Assembly (NCBI GenBank): GCA_000934665.2
Contig: JYFJ02000570.1
Coordinates: 1-64,000 of the forward strand
Direction of reading: 5' to 3'
Source of the DNA: Catajapyx aquilonaris
Lineage: Eukaryota
DNA: 64,000 nucleotides
The notes beneath the pieces are model-generated. The model was not told the origin of the DNA, did no database searches, and worked only from the letters and a program-made list of their open reading frames with translations. Both the position numbers and the translations under genes were made by a program. Below, piece by piece: positions 52,033-64,000 of the stretch (the first letter of the stretch is position 1; the number at the start of each line of letters is the position of its first letter).

Positions 52033-55000
52033 TTAAAGTTCATCATATAGAAAAGGGATGACATTGAGCTGCGCTAGGATGACCACCACTAGAAAGATGG
52101 CGTAGAGAAGAAAGAGGTAGATCCCATATCCTCTTCGTGCCTGGAACCGCACTATTGGGAAGAACAGGAGAGAAGACAAGAGGCTGACCATCAGGAAGGC
52201 CACCAGGACATAGTTGGTGGCTCCAAATTTCACCGGAACTGAAGAACCTCGTTTGACTGTAGCCACTGCAAAAGACACGCCCATACCTACCAAAAGGTCT
52301 GCAACAGTGTTAAGGAACTTATATATTGATTCATCAGTAGGTCCAGGCTGTTGGTTTTTGCCAGCAAAAACCAGCTTCATCCCCTACCCGTTCATCCATC
52401 TCTATCTCCCTTTTGGCATTCCGGTGTGGTCGAAGGGGAGGGGTTGTCGAAAATCAATTTGACTTCAAAAAGGATACTGAATAGGGGTCCTCCAAAACAG
52501 GCTGAGATTCCCATACGAGGAAAACCTTGCCTGGCCACCATCACGTTGGTCACCATGTCTGAAAAAATTGAGGCATATAAAAATGAAACTTATGGTACAT
52601 CGGATGTGAGTTATGGCTGAACTGAAAAAAGAGGCCCATCAGAACTCCTTTTGAGCTCTTTTGCTTGAGGTCATAAAGCCCCTGGCACTTTCCTTTTTCT
52701 TTTATGCCATCATATACCGAGCAGGTTACAGTTATGTCCACGTGCCCAATCAGACACGGCCTACCGCCTGGCTTCCTATTGGACGGTATAGCATTACCTC
52801 AGAAAGTAATTTCCATTCCATCTGTAATTCTACCAAGTTATGAAGTACCCTGCTAAATAGCTACAGCGTGTCGAAGAATGCAACTATATAATTTTCAGTG
52901 AATTTTTTGCGAACATTTGAGCAAAGTTCAAATGAATCTATATGCATTAGGTGTAGAAGGCGAGGTTGCATGATTGAACTCACCCCCGACCGAGTTGCCC
53001 CAAGCCAGTACCGTCAGACCAAGGAGGACATCACTCAAGTTGAAGGCAACACCCAAAGCCTTCAAAAGGCATACAATCTCAGTGGCCAGAATGTAGATCC
53101 ACGTCACAGCCCCAATGAAGCCCAAGCAAGCGAAGCCCTACGTGACAGATGGGTGTTAATTACTGGCGGCACGAAGAGTGTCAAAGGGTCACCTACCGCA
53201 TGGAACCTGGGAATTCGGTCGGATTCGGTGATGAAAAATACTAGGGTGGCGAAGTACAGGCCAGCTAAAAGGCTTACTAGCCATACCTGGGCGGTGGAAA
53301 ACACTGGCGCTGTCCCATCTGAAATAGATTTAAGTGAAAAACTCTTAACTTACAAATTTAGCATCCGACTTAAGTTGTAAAAAAATGGTTGACTTACATC
53401 CAGAAGCAAAAGCTACGAAGACAAGAAGAGTGATACAATGGAGGCTGTTGAGAGGACGGCACCATCCGTTTCTCAATTCCTCCTCTTCATCGACGACAGG
53501 TACTGTCAACTTTAGGGCCAGAACTAGAGGTGCCTGTAACAATGGATTTGTTAGCATATTTGAAAAGAAGCTATTGGAAGCAACAACATAGCCACATACG
53601 TATGCTTGTCGTGACTTTGTAGCAACATTACAATGGCTGCCACCAATATTTCTGTCTGCCTCTAGCTAATTTGACATGTGACAAAGTATCACTAAATATC
53701 ACATCAATGTCTGCCGAAAGTGACAGATACATTGTGGACCTACGGGACCGTTTCGTGCGGCAACAGTGGTTCCCTGTGCAATATGTTTTGATGTCGCCTA
53801 AGTATAAGTACAAGTATTGTGTTACTTTATGATCATCAGAGGTATTTCCTCCCAGGTCCGGTTTAGTTATAAATAGCTCTCATATCTGTACCTTCACGAC
53901 GCAAGTGACTCTATAGAACCAGGACCCATCTGCCCACGATTGCAAATCCACAGGGCACAACGATCGCAGCAGATCCATCAGCAGAGTGGAACAGCAGCAT
54001 TTGCGAGGTTGACCTGACGATGAAGAACAATATGTAATAAAACGGACCTCGAATATCGTCTCCACTCTACAACTATGTGCATAATTGACATAAAAAAGAA
54101 AAGGGTGCGCAGGAGGAGTGCATGATGGTGGGTGAGGGTCGGAGTCTGAGTCAGTCAGCGGTGACCGCCCTCACTACCCACCGCCAAGGAGCGGCGCACC
54201 TTCGTCTTCCGTATCGCCAACGACTTCTGACTTGGGATCCACGTTGATGCTGGATGACGCAGATTCAACTTCCACCCGGAGGCCATTGGCACCGATAATG
54301 GCAATCTGGGTTGGAGTATTAGCTGCGAGCTCTGAAACAAATCAACCATATATAAACACGCTAAGTGCAATGACATGCGGATACGTACCACGTATGGCAT
54401 GTATGATGGCTGTCACATCAGCGTCCGAAGACTCGTTCCGATCCACATGTGGCGTTCCCGATGTTGGGGTTACTGATACCGCCGGATTGTCGGTGCCGAA
54501 CAGGTCGCTCTTGTCATCTTGTCTCATCTTAGAGTATACACAGCGGCCAATCAAGACCACGGCGATGTATATCACATATAATGCTAGAAAACCTGGAAGA
54601 AATGACAGGAGATGGAGGATATCGTACTGTGGGCAACAAGGGGTTACCCACTCGACTGTAAAGTGTACACTGGAGTACCAAGGAGTAAGGTACCTAAGGA
54701 GTACCTGGGAGTACCACTGCAGATGTACACCGGAGTACCGAAGTGGTTAACCCCGTGGTGGGCAATGTAATGCAAGTCTTACCAGCTGACTCGAATAAAC
54801 TGACAGATCCACTGCTGAAGGCGTAATAAGCCCAGTAAACTGCTGCCAGGTAAAATATGACGTCCCTGAGGAAAGGACGTTCCATGAGTTTGAAGGGGCT
54901 GGTCACACAAACCATCCCCACGACCATTGAGGTCACAAACATGCCTCCTCCTGCAAATTTTAAAAAATCAAAATGTTGCATTCAGCGGGAGGACATGTGG

Positions 55001-57874
55001 GAAAATTTGCCACTTCTGAAATACTGACCAAAAAGCTCCCCCAAGACCAGCTCGGGTCTCTCTTGGGCTGCACTTGCTAAAGAAGAGAATATATCGGGCG
55101 CCCCGTTGCCCAGGGCCACCACGGTCACCCCTGCCACATTTTGGGACAACCCCAGCAGCCGAGAGATGACTTTGAGGCAGGGACAAAAGCTGATGAAACA
55201 AAAAAGACAAAAGGTTGTAGTATTTCATTACCAGCATTGTTCCAAGGTGACTCACAAATCATTGGCGGCCGTGGCCAGCACGGTGAAGAACATGACCAGA
55301 AGCACCACCTGCAATGAAACAGTGTTACAATAAAATAAACAATGAAGCAGGAACTAACACAACGTCATGCCATAATGTATGAGGTAGCAGGAATTCCTCC
55401 TAATGCCATTCACAATATTTTTATTAAGTAAACTAAGAGCATTAATTAACGCAAATTATGGCAATCAATGTGGGAGGCAGAAGACACAATGACATGTCAT
55501 CATAATGACCAATAATTCAGAATTTCTGATGGACATTTGCAAGCACGGTGACAACAGGAGTCTTTTGACCTGTCCATTCTCACTCTAGGACTAAACTCTA
55601 AAAGTTACATTCGTGCAGACACGGTATGTTAAGGTCGCCACAATGGGTGACCTTTGTGACCTTTAGATTGAACGCTCTTGGTTAGGCGGACAATGGCTCC
55701 TTTAGCGATGTCAATCACAAGGACAAAAGATTTCTAGGTCTTTTTTCCGCCCTGACTGAAGGACTAAAAACTCACGCATAGGAATACCCCGGCGACAAAG
55801 AATGAAGTGTTGACTTCACAGTAGAGGAACTGGATGTAGTTGAACACGCCATGTGCGTCACTGCAGTCGCTCGTGTTTCGTACGAATGCACACTGAGACT
55901 CATATGGAACACTGTGGACTTGTCGACACTGTCAAAGAGTCAGTAGGATCAGAGTAGTAATTACTGTATACAGACACTTCTTACGAAACTACTAGCACAA
56001 TTGCACTTAACTTGCAAGGAGCTTACCATTTAATGAATGCATTCATTCTTGAAATAATTAATAATAATAAGATCGGTAATAACATTTTAAAGAGCAATAA
56101 TTGCTGCATGTGCCGCATTTTCTCTGGAGGGCTATTTTTCAAATCGAGCATATAAAGGGCGCAATATATAGTTTCAATGATTTACAACTGAAATTCTCTA
56201 TAATTTTCCTGTAATTAAGAAAATTCTGATACAATACAGCTGAAAATAGATAAACGTGATATGGGTGTCTAAATGTGGGTACATTTTTCTCTGAACTGAT
56301 TACTAATCTTAATACTCACTAAAGTGTCTCAATATGCAGTTATGTAAACACCCTTTACCGATTATCTTCCCAACATATATTTGCATTGAATTTCAACATA
56401 CTTCCATCAGCAAGGTCATGATGAAGGCTTTCGATGGGTAAATGAACCGAGGCACCGTAGGCCATGCCATGAGGAAATCAACACCATTATCCGCATGAGT
56501 TAAAAGGTTATACTCATGACAACTCATGGATCGTTTAACGCACCTTCATAACATTCTGCCCAAAGCCAGGTGCCCATCTCATTGACCTCATTCATATGCC
56601 AACACACAACACGCGCAGTAAAATGCCCAATATGTACAACTTTACTATTTATCTAATGTTGCATTAAATCATGTGTCATGTTTTAAGGACAACTATTAAC
56701 TGATGTCTTCATCGGACATATTGCGACGTTGTTGTTGGGGTTCACAGAACTTGATGAGACACTTAGTAATAAACGCACATGTGCACCATATTTATCATTA
56801 TATTATGACAATTGCCCTCTACTAACATCTGTGCCAGGCATGACTTCAGGTATGCATCACGTCGTTTCGCAAATAATAAAAACGCCATTTTCCTCCACAT
56901 TGAACCCAACATATTGCATTTCCTCGGTCATTTTTGACCCCCATCCTCCTATAACACTCACTTACTTCCCTTTATCACTGCACTGAAAATAGCAAAACGC
57001 TCCCTAAACGACCATTTACCACCCTAATTAAAGTTGGACCACTTGATTTATGTCTGAAATACCTCTCGAGGATGTCTTGTGGCCGTAATCATGGTTTCAG
57101 CCGAAATAAACCCCGCACTAGACAGCTTGAAGAGGGTTGAGTCTGTATATCCTTCGACCACACACACACATCCAGAACTCTACACACACATCCTTCCAGA
57201 ATCACCACACATCTCCGTATGAGCCTGTCACAATATCCAGCCCCATTTGGTTCTAATGGGGAGCAAGTGTAAGTTTGACCACGGCCAGAAAAAAAAATTA
57301 TTTAGGCCTATGTAGGTCAGGCATCTATGAGACTGATACCATGGAACAATTCGTTCCAATTATTTAGGAGATATGACCGTGCTGTAGGACATGGGGGAAG
57401 AGGTCAAGGGTCGGTATATACCGTGTTCAAGGACAGAAGATAAAAGTGAGCTTTCTATTCATCACCTTAATGGGAATTTTTAGGGAGCTTCACACGCTCA
57501 TGGTATATACGTGTGTACTGTGCAGTACATGCGGTACATATTCCTGATTCGTTTTGTTTAAAGACGCAGACGGAAGTTGTTTATCATATGCTGATATGGT
57601 ATATGCATGACCAACCGAAATTATTCATGGCTACAGTTTTTAAGATCATTTTATCACCATTGATTCGTGTTAAATATTTCTCTACTTCATAACTCTTCAT
57701 CGTTCTAATATTCGTTCACATAATTATTGAAGCAGCCACACCAATCATAATAATCACACTTTGCGTCCCAAAAACACTGCCATTACAAACACTCACATAG
57801 ACTTCTTCATGATAACTGGAATTAGTTGAGCAGTTGGACCCAAGGCTTTTGTTGAGTACTCCTAATTCCATCAT
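52033..57874 (-). CDS. SLC8B1: Mitochondrial-type Na+/Ca2+(Li+) exchanger NCLX (SLC8B1/NCKX6, CCX family), 609 aa; exons 57874-57797, 55928-55776, 55308-55256, 55189-55029, 54950-54783, 54592-54389, 54331-54200, 54013-53892, 53533-53398, 53318-53197, 53137-52984, 52558-52478, 52298-52033
   Basis: Alpha-1 repeat NVAGVTVVALGNGAPDIFSS, PFLRDVIFY, alpha-2 repeat LGLTVLAWGNSVGD…GFPRMGISACFGGPLFNLLVG, and an N-terminal Cys motif (CRQVH..QCAFV..C...GVFNYIQFLYC) typical of NCLX. All 12 introns are phase-consistent; total 1830 nt. The first exon and the loop exon boundaries are less certain. Confidence 0.92.
52299..52477 (-). other. U12-type (minor spliceosome) GT-AG intron, last intron of NCLX
   Basis: 5' site |GTATCCTT and branch site TTCCTTAAC (52317-52309) about 10 nt from CAG|, with no long polypyrimidine tract. 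Splicing restores GGPLFNLL. Confidence 0.9.
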
Positions 57875-59733
57875 ATGTCTGCTGACACTGACGAATTTCC
57901 TTCAGGATGTTGAACAAAGAAAATAGGACCGATAAAAGTTCAGATATTATCTCCAAAAAGGAGATAAACAATGTCAGCTGGATTGGTCCAGCCAGTGGGT
58001 GTGGTTGTTACTGGCGGTTTTACACGTCCTGTAACATTGGAGTCTGACTGGTTACTGATGGTCGAGTGTCAGTGGATCTGTGGGATGACGACGGTAACCT
58101 TCCTTGTGTACCAGTTGCTTAACGGAGGGGTGGACAGGTGTAGTTGTTGTACTGAGCGATTGTTCCGACGTGCAGATGACTTAGCGGATGTTGCTGATTG
58201 ACTATTATCGATATTTACGAGACTGTAAATGGGGCGGAACGCGTTCATATTGCTGCTTAGTTATTATATGTGACATGCCATTGACGAAAATATGGTGTGT
58301 CTGTCTTGATTTATGCAGGCGATTCTGCGTTTCCCACAGGAACATGATGTCTGGTAGTTACTGGTTCACACCAGTGTGAATAGAAACGCTTAGAGTAAAA
58401 TTTGTATTAAAAAATAAGCTGAATCAGGTTTGACTCTTAAAAAATGGGCTCATATCATCTGCCACTTCACAAATGTCCTGACGTGACCTCTCACCCCCGC
58501 AGTGACCGTGTCCTCTCGATTGTTCCGCTGCCACCCCCTGTATGTCGAAGGGCAACCTCTAAAGCCACATTATTGTCGCACACACATATTTATGTAATAA
58601 TCACCTTGCTCATGTCCGTAGGGGGCATGGGCACCCAGGGCAAAGCACATCAAAATCAAACTCGATCTGGACGGGGTGAATAATTTTGAATTGTGCAACT
58701 AGTGTGTAAACGGACAGAGGTCAAAAGGAAATTTCTAGACCGATGACTGTTATCGCCTCATCAGTCATCGGTAAGCCAAACTTATTTACGGTTGAAGAGT
58801 ATGTCCATATAGTATTGCTATTTATACACTTGTACACCATTTCAGACATATTGTGTTAATTTAACTTTGCTACAATGTGTGAATGTACGTAAACTACACT
58901 AGCAAGATATTTTCCATGCCTTCATCATGTGTTGTTACAATATAATGGACAGCATTGAGTTAAAATAACTACACCGTACAGTTTTAGGCTTACTTAGCAG
59001 ATTCTGGTTCACAAAAAACTATCCAGAATAGAGTACCGCATGCATATTAGATATTACTCCATGAATATCATATCATTAATGCAGTACTTCCGCGAAGTTA
59101 TATTACCATATGTTTTAAATAACACATTTCAAATCGCTTGTTTTCCTTATTGACACACGTATAGCATGGTATGGCAAAATCGTAAGAAGAGTGCATTCTC
59201 GCGGAGAATCTTAAACGTTACAACATAGGCTGTTAAGTACCGGTATACAGGCTAGTGGGATATAGGCTGTGGTTATAATAATAATGACCTGCAATGTTTC
59301 GCACGTGTGTCGCAGATATGCATGTACTCGTATATATAAGTAAAGTATTATTTTCCATACGTGCGTTGGAGGAAAAGAGGAAACAGACATAATTTTTGCA
59401 CATAAGGACGTCATTCCACCACGTTTACAAGCGGCAAAATGCGATGCAGGTTGTATAAGCCTGCATATACAGCTGCATACAATGGTCCAATGCCTATAAG
59501 CTGACACCTCCAACAATGGGGCAGGATAAAGACATGATCGCTATTGTCGCATATATGCATTCCCAGTGGTTCCAAGCGGTTCCACACTTCCATTGAACAT
59601 ACTTATGTAAGCAGCTGGTTTTGTCAATAACTCCTTAAAAAACCGCTGAAAAACTGTTGAAATTAGCCTAAGAAAATTAGGGCAAAAATTGCTCACTGCA
59701 ACGAACACCTCAATTGGAATATATACTCTAGAG

Positions 59734-59901
59734 CAGACCGCAGGGTCCTTTTTACTCCTGGGGAACCCTTGAAATCATATTCATGTTTGAGGGAACCCTT
59801 ACATAAAAATATTATTTATCAATAATTAATGACTCCATACATTTACCTACATATTAGCCTATTATCACTATTTCTCGCGGAACCCTGGTTGAGAAAACCT
59901 G
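59734..59901. mobile_element. Degenerate hAT (Charlie-like) non-autonomous element
   Basis: Starts CAG and ends ...cggaaccctggttgagaaaacCTG; flanked by CTCTAGAG / CTCTATGG (6/8 match, resembling the NTCTAGAN hAT target preference); internal ggaaccc subterminal repeats. The left TIR is degraded. Confidence 0.45.
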
Positions 59902-61219
59902 CTCTATGGTGAATTTTCCACACACCTGTCACAGCTGTACAGTTTATAACTGCCGTCAATATTGCTCTGAAATATTTGGATAATTTTTTCACTTCAAGTT
60001 AAACATTGCAAAGTTTAATAAAGAGAATATTTCCAGCAGTTTACAGTATACACGACATACGAATATATTGTAAACTGTAAAATTAGGCTTATTGTCGAAT
60101 TGATATTTCTTCTGCAGTGGTTCAAAAAATAACAAGCACACCAACAAAATGCCACCACGACGTATCTCTGTAAACGAGGAAGTCAGAAATAAGATATTCA
60201 CGTCAAGTAAGAAATATAGGGTTAAAATATAGGCACCCATAAACAGATGACATACTATGACACGTAACAAAATATGGCACCCATAAAGAGGCAACATTCA
60301 ATGACATACAATACAATATAACACCACAGTGTCAATAATGACCTAAACAATCATATATAAGGACAGCCTTCAACTCATGTCATTTGCTCGTACATTGACA
60401 CCACTACTCCTGTACTTACTAAGCATGATAAATATGGCAATTCCATCGCATTGATCATCTCCACCTGAGCCACACCCTATGCACTTCCTGGCTTTAAACT
60501 AGACATTCCTTTATACTTCAGGTACCTATCAATGCTGGCCGAACTGGCTCATTTTTCGCGCCTCACCAGCAGTGTACCCAACAGCACTTCCCACTATCAG
60601 GTTTGAACCTAATTTTCATATTTTATTTAAATTTCCATATCTAAATCACACATGGTACGTATAATTAATGTATTAAATATTTCAGTCACAGACCTTGTGT
60701 TGGCACCCCTGCTCGATGCAGCCGACGCTTCAGTGGCGCCACATTTTCTCTTCCGCCTTCTGCTCCTCTGCTGCTTTCCCCCTAGTTCCCACAGTGTGTG
60801 TTTTTTTGTGGGTGAGAAAGTGAGAAGCAGGCTGTTTGCGTCGATCTGTCTCTTTTTTTTCCGGCTAGGAGGGGGGTGACGTCCAAGTCCAAACCCCGCC
60901 CCGCCAGGCAGCGTCTTTCTCCGCCGCAAAACTGGGACGCTTTTTGTATAATCGCAGTTGATTTTTCCAACAAGAGGCACCGATAAGTCTCAAGGAGATA
61001 CCATCCATGGGGAAGACGTCATAGCCGCCGCCCCCTCCCACTACCACCAGCAGCTGCAGACTCTTCTTTTATTGAATGGAAAAGGAGCATGGCAGATAGA
61101 GCCTGACAACTGCAGCTGGACGCACTATAAAGGAGGACAGGATGGAGGGACTCATGTGAGTTGCTTCCAAGCCAGGCCACGGCGATACCCACCTTTTGTG
61201 CATATCACTTGGTTTCGGG

Positions 61220-63884
61220 ATGTCCGAGGCATTGGGGGAGGAAGAGGCTAGGAATGAGGCACGGAGAAAGAGGTTCGCCGTGGCCAAACCTGGGGATGAG
61301 AAGGACTTAAAGTGAGTCCAGTTTTGCATGCTCAGGGGGGAACGCCAGGACAGTTGTTAGCTGAGACGTCACCTAAATTTAAAAAAGGAAGTCACATAAC
61401 ACGTGAGAACGTGATATGTGAATTTTAGGTGAACTGTGCTTGTCGGACGCCACCTCCACTGCCGACTATGCTGCGCTGCTGGTGGTGGCATGTACGGAGC
61501 AGTCTGACTGCCACTTTGCATGATTTCAGGTTACGGGTGGTGACCTGGAATGTCGCCACGCGTACGCTGGAGGAGGATCTTCAGGGATTGCTGGGGCTGG
61601 AAGGGGATGTGGCAGAACAGGACTTGCCTGATATGTTTGCTGTCGGGTAAGATTGGGCACGGAGCATCTCTACTACCTAATCAATATAATGACACTTGTT
61701 ATGCAATACCATTGATGTGTTACCAGGAACTGCAGTAAACAGGTCAATACTCATTTTGAAAGTGGCCAATAACTGAAAAGCATTCACAAAGTAACTTTTG
61801 TTGTTTGTATTAAAAGCTTTGCTCTGTGCACATCTCTTTTGGATTGCGACGCATAAATATTTCTGATGTGATAAAATACGCACAGTTCCCAGATAGCAAT
61901 TTTATGTGGCGGAACGTTGAGAATCTTCAAAGATGAACTCTATCTCTATTCATATCTCCACTCTATTTCAACAGACCACTATATCAAACACATTATCAAA
62001 CCACTATATCAAACACATCAAACTCCATGACACTCCTAATACCTCAGAACCCTGATTATCCCACTCCTAGGTTTATCCGACTGTCCCGCTCCAGTGATAA
62101 ATCTGTTTTCTCATCATAATGCATGCCTACTAATCATTTGTTTTGTAATGCCTCAGTTAAATTTATTGTAAATGCAGTACATCAGAGTGTGTATGTAAAA
62201 GACAAATACTTCACTATTTCTTAGAAAACCATAATATTGTACATTATTTCATGTTTTTATGTTTTTGTTGCGTTTCATTCAAGCTTTCTTTGCTCCTCTG
62301 ATTATCCTACCTTTTTGGTTATCCGACGATGCCCCAGTCCCATGGGTGACGGATAATCGGGGTTCTACTGTACCTCTTTTAAGTTTATTGTTTCTGCAAC
62401 ATGGGGCTTTCAAAAATAAATTGCAGCAACACAGTTGGATAAAACATTATGAACAAAACATTTAGTATGCTCTTGATGAAGCAATATCACATGTGTTGGA
62501 AAAAAAAAGTGCAGTGCATTGTAAACCACAACTTCCTTCTATTTCTGTCTGCAAGAGAGTTTCTCCACCTGCACTAGCAGGTGGATCTGGCAAAAAAAGG
62601 TGATATTTACGTAGCATTTAAACTTTCTCCACCAGAACCCTTAACTTGGCTTGGTGTATATGTCTATGGAAAGGTGTGTGATGTTCATCAGAGCAAAAAC
62701 ACGTTTTCTTCTGGCTGTGAAAAGAATCAGTCATAATAATTGTACTCTTTACAAGTGAAAGCCAGTGTCATATTAATGCCCTTTATATATTTAAGAATTT
62801 CTTCCAATTGTAGAGATATACAGTAGAACCCTGTTTATTCGACCTCGGATTATCCGGATTATCCAACCGTCCTGCTCCAGCAATCATGAAATGCTGTAAT
62901 GCAAGACTACTAATCATTTGTTTGTATTGCCTGAGTTAAATTTTAAACAGCAGAGTGTGTACATAAAAGATAAATACTTCACTATTTCTTAGAAAAGCGC
63001 AATATTGTACATTATTTCATTATTTGTTATGGTTTTGTTGTGTTTTCCTTTGTTCCTCAGATTATCCTACCTTTTCTGTTATCCGACAATGCCCCAGTCT
63101 CGTGTAGGTCCCATGGGTGACGGATAATGAGGGTTCTACTGCAGATCAAAGTTTTCTTTGTCTGTTGCAATAGAATGTGGGTAAGAGGTAATGGCAACTT
63201 GAAAATGCTTGGTTCTGATAGATTTTAGACCATTTGGTGTATTGACTGACTCAAGCAAATTGTCACTTTCCTAAAGATTGGGAATGCTTAGCATATGGTT
63301 TAATGATTACATCTCTCCCTAAGTTTACACTCAAAATTTTACAGCAGTACTTTCGACATACACAACAGTTTATTACATAACATGAAATAGCCTGTTATTA
63401 TTTACGTCTTACAAGTTAAGGGCTGCTTACGTACTCACTGTCCCTACCAAAACATTGTATATTATAATTATCTACTTGTGTGTACAAGTGGCAGCAGACA
63501 ACTGCCACTTACTTCATTCAACTGTAATGAAATTCTTACTTGCCTCTCATAAAAACTGCCGTCACTTACTTCCAGTCTGCAAGAGGTGAAGTCACAACCG
63601 CAAAATATAATAATGGATGCCTTTTTTGAGGATGGCTGGACCAATTCATTCAGGCAAGTCACTTCTTTCCATGGACTGTCCAGGTTTCTGTTGTGACCGC
63701 AGATGAAGATGCTATTGGCCTGATTTTTATTTTTAGGAATGAATTGGCCAGAAAAGGTTACGTTAAGGTGAAGACAGTGAGGATGCAGGGAATAGTGCTA
63801 AGTCTCTTCTGCCTCAAAGCTCACCTGATACACCTGAGGGATATTGAGATGCAATATACTCGCACAGGCATGGGTGGAATGTGG
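61220..63884 (+). CDS. INPP5K: Inositol polyphosphate 5-phosphatase K/J-like (SKIP/PIPP family), 5' part; exons 61220-61311, 61530-61646, 63576-63653, 63737-63884, continuing beyond the window
   Basis: Spliced translation ...DLKLRVVTWNVAT...LPDMFAVGLQEVKSQPQNIIMDAFFEDGWTNSFRNELARKGYVKVKTVRMQGIVLSLF...YTRTGMGGMW contains the 5-phosphatase motifs TWNV, PD...GLQE, VRMQG and TG.GG.W. Phases 2,2,2,0 are consistent. The first exon is less certain, and INPP5K versus INPP5J cannot be resolved here. Confidence 0.88.
62042..62370. mobile_element. Tigger/pogo-like MITE copy 1 (intron of the INPP5K-like gene)
   Basis: TA-flanked; right TIR cggataatcggggttctactg, degenerate left TIR cctcagaaccctgattatcc; internal sequence aligns with the copy at 62821-63141. 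Confidence 0.75.
62821..63141. mobile_element. Tigger/pogo-like MITE copy 2
   Basis: TA|CAGTAGAACCC ... GGGTTCTACTG TIRs; shares long blocks with copy 1 (aaatacttcactatttcttagaaaa, aatattgtacattatttcat, gattatcctacctttt, gtcccatgggtgacggataat). Confidence 0.8.
63654..63736 (+). other. GC-AG intron in the INPP5K-like gene
   Basis: AG|GCAAGT donor, otherwise perfect consensus; gives W-to-KV..VRMQG spacing equal to the INPP5K family as recalled. Confidence 0.75.
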
Positions 63885-64000
63885 GTAAGTTTAGAATAGT
63901 TGCATATGAATGACATAATTTTAGTTTCATTGGATATCTGGTGTATGAATGCATCTGACAGAAAACATGCTCACTAGTCACTAGCTTCTAAAAATGGAGC

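Noticed and set aside
54660..54740. Degenerate ggagtacc repeats in an NCLX intron, and a 19-bp duplication near 61975-62020
   Set aside because: Ordinary short slippage repeats with no sign of function.

Overview
Eukaryotic (animal, most likely arthropod/insect) genomic DNA with spliced genes. It is not prokaryotic, and most entries in the ORF track are spurious. Gene models rebuilt by hand from splice sites and reading-frame phase: (1) last coding exon of EMG1/NEP1 (+, 510-623); (2) a convergent 3-coding-exon gene A (-, 890-9152, ~1195 aa, low-complexity Q/P/E-rich, unidentified); (3) a C-terminal MYND zinc-finger gene B (-, six exons 20377-30134) with LxxLL motifs; (4) a 790-aa single-exon ORF C (-, 39960-42332) that can splice in frame into gene B to give one ~1554-aa coregulator-like protein; (5) a complete 13-coding-exon NCLX/SLC8B1-type Na+/Ca2+ exchanger (-, 52033-57874, 609 aa) whose last intron has textbook U12 (minor spliceosome) signals; (6) the first four coding exons of an INPP5K/J-type inositol 5-phosphatase (+, 61220 onward) with a GC-AG intron. 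Also present: small MITE-like elements, an (AAT)21 microsatellite, a cluster of six perfect CRE palindromes around ORF C, and nuclear-receptor-type elements in gene B. All family assignments come from recalled motif similarity; no database search was run.
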